Assembly (NCBI GenBank): GCA_038816475.1
Contig: JAWBAI010000015.1
Coordinates: 1 to 10,657 of the forward strand
Origin: Desulfurococcaceae archaeon
GTDB lineage: Archaea; Thermoproteota; Thermoprotei_A; Sulfolobales; Desulfurococcaceae
Length of the DNA: 10,657 bases
Reading direction: 5' to 3'
Positions within the stretch are counted from its first letter, which is position 1, and every line of letters starts with the position of its first letter. The notes beneath the pieces are model-generated. The model ran no database searches. It saw only the letters and a list, made by a program, of their open reading frames with translations, and was not told the DNA's origin. Of this stretch, positions 1 through 5,826 are shown one piece after another. The position numbers were made by a program, and so were the translations under genes.

Positions 1-218
1 TGCATATGCTTGAACCTACTGGGAGTTTCAATTGAATAGCGAGAGGTAACGTATTAAAAACAAGCATGAAACTTCGAAAACACTCATTTCATGCTCAGGG
101 GTGTTATCGTGAACGCGAGCTATGTGTTGATTTTTACAGAACTCTTGAATCGGAACGAGAGCTTGATGAATTAAATACCCTAGTTTGTTCCTGTTAACAT
201 GCTTCATTAAATCTAGGC

Positions 219-263
219 TTTAAAGCGGCTTTCGGATCTTAAGCGGGATACGGTTGTAGGTGA
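219..263 (+). promoter_or_regulatory. Putative TATA box (TTTAAA, 219-224) and RBS (AGGTGA, 258-263) for the VUT/YhhQ gene
   Basis: TTTAAA lies about 50 nt upstream of the GTG start. AGGTGA ends 6 nt before the GTG at 270 and matches the archaeal anti-SD. No clear BRE. Confidence 0.5.
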
Positions 264-269
264 TTACGT

Positions 270-1040
270 GTGATAGAGGTATGGGCTTACTGGACTCTGG
301 GCTTGAGCATCTCAACACTTGCAGGAGCTTGGCTGGTGAAACACTACCGCGATAGCTACGGTTATCCGGTGCTCGTAGCGCTGTACGCGTCATTCATTGT
401 GGTCTGCAACATGCTGGCATCAAGACTGGTGGAGTACGAGCTCCTGGGTGCAGTGGTCGTTACAGCTGGTGCAACACTAATGTTTCCGTTTGTAGCACAA
501 ATAGTGGACATGATAAACGAGGTTTACGGTAGAAGAGCAACCTACACAGCGATAATTATAACACTGCTTGTCAACGTAGTAGCTAGCATCATGGTTTGGC
601 ATGTTGCATCCGAGAAACCAGCTCTTGATGCCATGGGAGTACCAGACGTGTACGAAGAAGCTTGGAGATACTTCCTAGTTCCTCTTCCAAGAATAGTCTT
701 TGCTAGCTACCTAGCGTTCTGGATAGCCAATACGCTGGATGCCAAGATCTTCGCGGATCTCAAGAGGTACTTCTACACGAGGTACAGAGAAGCCTACAGG
801 GACATCAAGACAATTACAACTTTCGTTCTAGTACGAAGCATTGCAAGCGATGTTGTAAACATGGTAGTTGACAGCTTGATATTCTTCCCAGCTGCATTCG
901 CGCTAGTTGTTCCATGGGAAGTCTTACCGGAGATAATAACGGGAGGAGCCTACGTTAAGATTGTAGCAGTAATGCTAATGCAACCGTTCTTAATAGCCTA
1001 CAGATGGTTGATCAAAGACGTTAAAAGAGTAGTAGACTAG
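270..1040 (+). CDS. VUT/YhhQ-family (DUF165) queuosine/archaeosine precursor (preQ0/preQ1) transporter
   Basis: 256 aa, multi-TM. Family-like segments: 'NMLASRL', 'TAGATLMFPFVAQIVDMINEVYGRRAT' (cf. G.l.fP..fl..Di..EvyG), 'PRIVFASYLAFWIANTLDAKIF' and 'RSIASDVVNMVVDSLIFF'. RBS present. Confidence 0.85.
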   Translation: MIEVWAYWTLGLSISTLAGAWLVKHYRDSYGYPVLVALYASFIVVCNMLASRLVEYELLGAVVVTAGATLMFPFVAQIVDMINEVYGRRATYTAIIITLLVNVVASIMVWHVASEKPALDAMGVPDVYEEAWRYFLVPLPRIVFASYLAFWIANTLDAKIFADLKRYFYTRYREAYRDIKTITTFVLVRSIASDVVNMVVDSLIFFPAAFALVVPWEVLPEIITGGAYVKIVAVMLMQPFLIAYRWLIKDVKRVVD

Positions 1041-1058
1041 AAGGAGAGTCCACATTAA

Positions 1059-1093
1059 TTTTTTAAGTAGACGTCATCTTACCCTTGAGGGGG
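1059..1093 (+). promoter_or_regulatory. Putative TATA box (TTTTTAAG, ~1060-1067) and G-rich RBS-like GAGGGGG (1087-1093) upstream of nadE
   Basis: AT-rich box about 30-35 nt upstream of the TTG starts at 1097/1100. It suggests nadE has its own promoter with a short leader. Confidence 0.5.
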
Positions 1094-1096
1094 TAG

Positions 1097-1927
1097 TTGT
1101 TGAGGATAACCATCAACGACGTAGTCAATATACCCTACAACGCAGTCGTAGAAACTCTTACAGACTTCATCAAGAGCTTTGTAAACGGAGTTGGGGCTAG
1201 TAAAGTTGTAATGGGGCTTAGTGGTGGTTTAGACTCTTCAACACTTCTTGCTCTACTTACAGAGGCTCTCTCCAGTGATAAGGTAGTAGCGCTCATAATG
1301 CCGGACTCGAGAGCAACTCCGCAGGAGGATGTCGAAGACGCTGTTAAACTAGCCGAACACTTCGGCGTGGAGTTTCACGTGTTCTACATCGACAGAATAG
1401 TTGACGCGTACAGTGCAGTACCATTTGTAGAGGTCCGCGAGGACATAGTTACAGGTAACCTTAGAGCAAGAGTAAGAATGAACATTCTTTACTACTATGC
1501 GAACAAACATGGTGCACTCGTAGCTGGAAGCGGTGATAGAAGTGAACTCTTGATCGGGTACTTCACCAAGTACGGTGATGGCGCAGCAGATTTCCTACCA
1601 CTCGGGTGCTTGTACAAAACGCAAGTTAGAGAACTAGCTAGGAGGATCGGATTACCAAGTAGAATCGTCGACAAACCCAGTGCACCAAGACTCTTTAGAG
1701 GTCATACTGCTCATGGGGAGCTCGGTTACACCTACGATGAAATAGACCTAGCACTCTACGCATTAATCGACCTGGGCTTAAGCGTTGAAGAAGCAGTTGA
1801 AGCCACTGGTTTAACGTACGAGTTGTTTGAGAAAATTCTACGTATGCATAGGTCAAGCAGGCACAAGAGGATTACTCCAAAAATACCCGTGTTACCTTGG
1901 CTTCCACAGGTTCTTCGAGAGCTCTAA
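1097..1927 (+). CDS. nadE: NH3-dependent NAD+ synthetase (single domain, no glutaminase)
   Basis: PP-loop 'GLSGGLDSS', plus 'GNLRARVRM', 'GSGDRSE..IGYFTKYGDG', 'LYKTQVRELA', 'KPSAPRL', 'ELGYTYDEID' and 'S.HKR'. The 276-aa length fits. The start could be TTG 1097 or 1100. Confidence 0.95.
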   Translation: MLRITINDVVNIPYNAVVETLTDFIKSFVNGVGASKVVMGLSGGLDSSTLLALLTEALSSDKVVALIMPDSRATPQEDVEDAVKLAEHFGVEFHVFYIDRIVDAYSAVPFVEVREDIVTGNLRARVRMNILYYYANKHGALVAGSGDRSELLIGYFTKYGDGAADFLPLGCLYKTQVRELARRIGLPSRIVDKPSAPRLFRGHTAHGELGYTYDEIDLALYALIDLGLSVEEAVEATGLTYELFEKILRMHRSSRHKRITPKIPVLPWLPQVLREL

Positions 1928-2342
1928 CGGATATCTCCAATACCATGAACTTCTCTCTGGTTTGCACAGATGCGCCGTGAACGTGCATAAGGAGTTTTCG
2001 AGATGTCGGTAAGGCCATCATCGCTACTCGAGCATTCTCTAGTACTACGTTTACCTCGTACATCCCCGCGTGCAGTTTACTCGGTGTTCTAATGAGCAAC
2101 CCTTTCCTATCTTCTACTACCTCGATCTTGTAGCTCAATGGTTTAAATGGTTCTCCAATGATGATAACCCCTGGGTACTCGTACGTAAATCTCGAAGCTT
2201 CCACGCTTAAATCTCCAGTTAAACCTGTGCTCTTGCTGAGCTTTACAAACCCGGTGGCTCTACCATGAATGAACATCTCGGAAACGCTGTACGGTTTCTC
2301 ATCTACTACAACAATGTTGTCTCTTATTCTGATGTTTAGCAA
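1872..2342 (-). CDS. Hypothetical protein, 156 aa, predicted beta-rich
   Basis: Fills the gap between the pseudo-mutase gene and nadE. Composition is protein-like (V/I/E/K rich, alternating hydrophobic pattern). GGTG lies just upstream of the TTG start, and there is a possible GAAAA..TTTAAC promoter near 2399-2383. No family recognised. Confidence 0.75.
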   Translation of the reverse strand: MLNIRIRDNIVVVDEKPYSVSEMFIHGRATGFVKLSKSTGLTGDLSVEASRFTYEYPGVIIIGEPFKPLSYKIEVVEDRKGLLIRTPSKLHAGMYEVNVVLENARVAMMALPTSRKLLMHVHGASVQTREKFMVLEISVRALEEPVEAKVTRVFLE

Positions 2343-2409
2343 TTCTTACACCGGCTTCAACAATACTAAATGCAACCTGAAGGTTAAAGGTGTGTTTTCA
2401 GCGAGTGAT

Positions 2410-3633
2410 CTAATGGCCTGTAGGTGGTGCTACACTATCCCTGATCTTCAGGAATGCACCTGTTCTCGGCTGGTATACTAATGCCGTAACCGTGCTGTTC
2501 TCCACGAGTAAACAACCCCAGAGTGTAATAGCACCCTTCTCCCTGCATAGAGTCAGGGCCGTTTCTTTGCTCACGGGTTCTCCTAGAGCTTTAAGCTCCG
2601 TTTCTAAGATGTTAGTGAACCCTTGTTTTCCCTGCTCTGAGAGAACTTCAAGTACTTGTGCGTAAGCTACAACAGCGTCACCGCATAAGCTGAAGATCGG
2701 TGATGCAAACTCGCCTTGGGGTGTGAAGGATAGAACAGGTCTTTCTCTTCTCAGAAGAGTGTTGTACTCTTCCACGCTATTGACAACTATGACATCGTAA
2801 CCTCTACCTACCAGGGTTTTCACGATGGTTTTCTGAACAGGGTTTAAAGCCAGTACCTTGGATCCAGCCGGGTACCTCTCGGATAAAACCAGTGCTAGTT
2901 CACCCGGTACTAGGTATCCTGTAGATGTACTGTAAACGACTATCGATGAACCATCGTGACTAAACACTGCTCCTACATCGGCTCCTATGGCATCAACCAC
3001 TTTCTCGACATCCTCCATGAGCTCTATGGATGGATGTATGCACGCTTTCAGGGTTACACCTATCAGCGTCTGATTTATTCCTAGATCGCTGGATAAGTCC
3101 CTCAGGATAACATCTAGTGGAGTTAAACCAGGTCCCACAACAGTGGTTATTTTAGCGGAGGACACAGCGTCTGATTTAACAAAGGATGATACAGCTGATG
3201 AGTAAAGTCTATGCATGTACTCTGCGTAGATGATCCAACCCACTCTCTCCGGTTCTTCAATTTCTTTCTCGGATTCGCTCAAGATGCTCTCGAGCTCTGC
3301 TCCCCGAAGCTCGTACCCAGGAGTTTTACACACTCTTATGACGATGTTTCCGGGCGTGGCTGGATCCTGCTCAACCATGAACCCGTATCTTCCACCGAAT
3401 CTCCTGATGGCGTAGGATATTTCGCCTAGAAGCGACTCGTGGAAGTCCATAACCTCAACTCCAGCACTCATTATACCAGCTGTGATAGCTCTTTTGAACA
3501 TTCTCGAGACCGGTGAAGCGTCTCTTCCACTGATAACCAAGCTTCCTGCTCCAGCGAGTTTACCCAGCGCAGCTCCTAGTCTAACGGCTTTTTCTAGTGT
3601 TAGGTCTCTGAAGGGTTTACCCTTTATGTGCAT
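2410..3633 (-). CDS. Alpha-D-phosphohexomutase (PGM/PMM)-fold protein lacking the catalytic motifs (probable pseudoenzyme)
   Basis: The N-terminus 'DLTLEKAVRLGAALG...VISGRDASPVSRMFKRAITAGIMSAGVEVMDF' is typical phosphohexomutase domain I, and 'IGADVGAVFSHDG' matches domain II. Start reassigned from TTG 3660 to ATG 3633 because GAGGTG (3646-3641) lies 7 nt upstream, giving 407 aa. Confidence 0.85.
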   Translation of the reverse strand: MHIKGKPFRDLTLEKAVRLGAALGKLAGAGSLVISGRDASPVSRMFKRAITAGIMSAGVEVMDFHESLLGEISYAIRRFGGRYGFMVEQDPATPGNIVIRVCKTPGYELRGAELESILSESEKEIEEPERVGWIIYAEYMHRLYSSAVSSFVKSDAVSSAKITTVVGPGLTPLDVILRDLSSDLGINQTLIGVTLKACIHPSIELMEDVEKVVDAIGADVGAVFSHDGSSIVVYSTSTGYLVPGELALVLSERYPAGSKVLALNPVQKTIVKTLVGRGYDVIVVNSVEEYNTLLRRERPVLSFTPQGEFASPIFSLCGDAVVAYAQVLEVLSEQGKQGFTNILETELKALGEPVSKETALTLCREKGAITLWGCLLVENSTVTALVYQPRTGAFLKIRDSVAPPTGH

Positions 3634-4756
3634 GGGGTGACACCTCGCTACATGGTTCAAGGGATTTATTGTAGAGGTCGAGAGTTACACTACACCCTGT
3701 TCCAACAATCGATGATACTATCTTGACGGTTTGTTTTAACACAGCGTTGTTCATGATGATCGAGTCGTACACCTGGGCTCCTTCTTCCACGATGGTATTG
3801 TGCCATACAACACTGTACATTAATCTTGAACCCCTCTTAACAACAGCTCCGTTCTCGAGTACCACGTAGGGTCCAACGACAGCACCCTGCTCTACCACCA
3901 CGTTTCTACCTATGAACACTGGTGGATACAAGGTACCCTCAACCTCAGCATTCTTGGCGAGGTAAACACCAGCTGAAACACTCTCGCCTCTCGGAGCCCA
4001 GTTCTTCACTTTCCCGCTCAGAAAATCCCACAAGGCCTCCTTGTAAACAGAGGGTCTACCGATATCGTTCCAGTAAGTGTTCTCGGGTGCTATCCATCCG
4101 TAAATTATGTACCCAGCTTCCAGCAGGTATGGGAAAACATGCCTACCGAAGTCCATTAAACCCTGGTTACTCGCGAGTATATCGAGTATCTCTTTCTTGA
4201 ACGCGTATATACCAGCATTTACCAGGTTGCTATATAGGGATGAACCCTTAACCCGGTAGTGCGATAGCGTTAGTAGATAAACCTCTAGAGATCGAGGTTT
4301 CTCCGTGAAAAGGCTTATGAAACCTTTTTCATCGACGTACACTAAACCGTACGGTAATGGATTGTCAACCTGCTTGAGAGCAATGGAAGCTAATACACCC
4401 TTATCCCGATGCGCTTTAAAGAACTGATTGAACGGTATATCGGTGACCACATCACCCATTGACACGATGAAATCCGTTTTCAAGTGGTCAGCAACAAGCC
4501 TAACAGCATCAGCGGTATCCTTAGAGTTCAATAGCAGAGGTTTAACACCGGGTTTGTTCTTAAAGTACTCAACTATTTGCTCACCAAGGTACTTAGCAGT
4601 TATAATAACATCTTTGAAGCCTTCTCTCAGAAGCTTATCTACAATGTACTCTACAAGTGGAGAACCAGCGAAAGGTATTAGAGGCTTAGGTACCACTCTT
4701 GTTAAAGGATGGAGCCTTGAGCCAACACCGCCCGCTAGTACCACGGCTAGAACCAA
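3617..4756 (-). CDS. NDP-sugar synthase / sugar-1-phosphate nucleotidyltransferase (mannose-1-P guanylyltransferase/GlgC-like) with a C-terminal left-handed beta-helix
   Basis: Motifs 'LAGGVGSRLHPLT..PKPL', 'DTADAVR', 'MGD', 'YGLV', 'FTEKP', 'VNAGIY', 'DFGRHVFP' and 'YWNDIG'. Hexapeptide repeats 'VFIGRNVVVEQGAVVGPYVVLENGAVV'. RBS GGAGGT (4767-4762) lies 5 nt before TTG 4756. Substrate cannot be determined from sequence. Confidence 0.9.
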   Translation of the reverse strand: MVLAVVLAGGVGSRLHPLTRVVPKPLIPFAGSPLVEYIVDKLLREGFKDVIITAKYLGEQIVEYFKNKPGVKPLLLNSKDTADAVRLVADHLKTDFIVSMGDVVTDIPFNQFFKAHRDKGVLASIALKQVDNPLPYGLVYVDEKGFISLFTEKPRSLEVYLLTLSHYRVKGSSLYSNLVNAGIYAFKKEILDILASNQGLMDFGRHVFPYLLEAGYIIYGWIAPENTYWNDIGRPSVYKEALWDFLSGKVKNWAPRGESVSAGVYLAKNAEVEGTLYPPVFIGRNVVVEQGAVVGPYVVLENGAVVKRGSRLMYSVVWHNTIVEEGAQVYDSIIMNNAVLKQTVKIVSSIVGTGCSVTLDLYNKSLEPCSEVSPHAHKG

Positions 4757-5020
4757 GCTTTACCTCCATGGTATTAATGTAATGCGAACTAGAATAAATA
4801 GAGTTAGCAAATGGTTTACCAACTGGTTTTGAACTTAAAGTGGGCACCCGAAATAGCACGGTTTACTACCACTACTGTGCTCCTAGAGGAGATCTTCAAA
4901 AGCGTTCTCCAGGAAGTAGTCAGCATTCAATGGATTCTTCACAGTTCTGCGAGTACAGCCTTCGTCATCCTAATAGAACTCATTGAAACAAGGTACTATA
5001 TATACGTTGAAGGATTTAGA

Positions 5021-5074
5021 TATGTAAGGTACATAGTTTGTAGGTTTTTAAGGGATCTTACAAACTTACATGTA
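5021..5074 (+). promoter_or_regulatory. Promoter (TATA TTTTTAAG, 5045-5052) flanked by inverted TGTAAG/CTTACA-like boxes; candidate autoregulatory operator
   Basis: AGTTTGTA (5035-5042) and TACAAACT (5059-5066) form a perfect 8-bp inverted repeat around the TATA box. Also ATGTAAG (5022-5028)/CTTACAT (5065-5071), TATGTA-agg-TACATA (5021-5035) and TACATGTA (5067-5074). Confidence 0.55.
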
Positions 5075-5826
5075 TGGTGGTATTTGTGACCAGTCTCAAG
5101 GACGAAGTAGAAAAGGTAAAGAGCGCGATCGAAGAAGCCGTCAGTGAAGCTTTACAAGCACTTGACGACATTAAAAGAGAGGTTTCCACGTTCCTAGTGC
5201 ATCCGAGAAGAGTTAAGAAATTCTATAGAGAATTAGAGCACATCGTTGAATCTCTTGAAAGCGATCTACTGAGAGCTAGAGAGAAACTTAGAGACTTGCG
5301 CATTGAAGCTGAAAAATCTCGTGATAAAGAAGCTCTTGATGCTATTAGAGATTTGGAGGAGAGAACAAATCATCTCATAAAGGAATTCAGTGGGAAGTTT
5401 GAAGAACTCGTAAAGTACGTTGAGGGAGTCCATCCGAGACCCAGGTTCAGGAGAGGTCATTACTGGGTGGCTTTGACGATGCTACCTCGAAGATTAGTGA
5501 GAATACTGAGTGAAGAAGTAGAAGGAATCGCCAGGCAAATCGAGGAAACCGTTGAACGAAGCATAGAGGAGGCCGGAAGAACACTGGAAACAGCAACAAC
5601 GGTTGTATCATCGATTAGACTACGAGAAGAAGACGCTAGAATAATAGACGAGCTCGTGGACGCTGGTATATTCAGAAGCAGAAGTGAAGCAGTAGCGTTC
5701 TTTACGCATAAAGGTATTGAAGCCTCGAGAGAGTGGCTTGAAAAAGTCAAAGAGCAGATTGAGAGGATAAAAGAGCTAAGAGACGAAGTCAGAAGAGAGC
5801 TGGAGAAAAGCGAGAAGAAGCAGTGA
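5074..5826 (+). CDS. Coiled-coil protein with a ribbon-helix-helix (CopG/Arc/MetJ-type) DNA-binding domain near the C-terminus
   Basis: 'VVSSIRLREEDARIIDELVDAGIFRSRSEAVAFF' fits the RHH pattern (beta-strand, helix A 'ID.LV..G', helix B 'SRSEA'). The rest is E/K/R-rich heptad helix. The start is either ATG 5074 (leaderless spacing from the TATA box) or GTG 5086 (after GGTGG). Confidence 0.8.
   Translation: MVVFVTSLKDEVEKVKSAIEEAVSEALQALDDIKREVSTFLVHPRRVKKFYRELEHIVESLESDLLRAREKLRDLRIEAEKSRDKEALDAIRDLEERTNHLIKEFSGKFEELVKYVEGVHPRPRFRRGHYWVALTMLPRRLVRILSEEVEGIARQIEETVERSIEEAGRTLETATTVVSSIRLREEDARIIDELVDAGIFRSRSEAVAFFTHKGIEASREWLEKVKEQIERIKELRDEVRRELEKSEKKQ

Noticed and set aside
24-37. GTTTCAATTGAA resembles CRISPR repeat termini
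   Set aside because: Single occurrence, no repeat-spacer periodicity, and no cas genes in the window.
42-64. AGAGG...ATTAAAAAC resembles the two ends of a preQ1-I riboswitch, upstream of a preQ transporter
   Set aside because: The P1 3' strand (CCUCU) and the conserved loop are missing, and the site is upstream of the likely TATA box.
163-240. TTGATGA box C-like motif suggesting a C/D sRNA
   Set aside because: No CTGA box D or D'/C' at suitable spacing.
1097-1927. QueC (preQ0 synthase) interpretation, suggested by SGGLDS and adjacency to a preQ0 transporter
   Set aside because: It has NadE-specific motifs (NLRARVRM, GYFTKYGDG) and lacks the QueC C-terminal four-Cys zinc site.
3611-3633. 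Programmed frameshift fusing the nucleotidyltransferase and pseudo-mutase at AAAGGGT with a small hairpin
   Set aside because: It would need a +1 shift and is not a canonical -1 slippery site. A strong GAGGTG RBS plus ATG 3633 explains independent initiation.
4811-5089. 92-aa plus-strand ORF
   Set aside because: No RBS or recognisable motif, and it runs through the promoter/operator and start of the RHH gene. Probably spurious.
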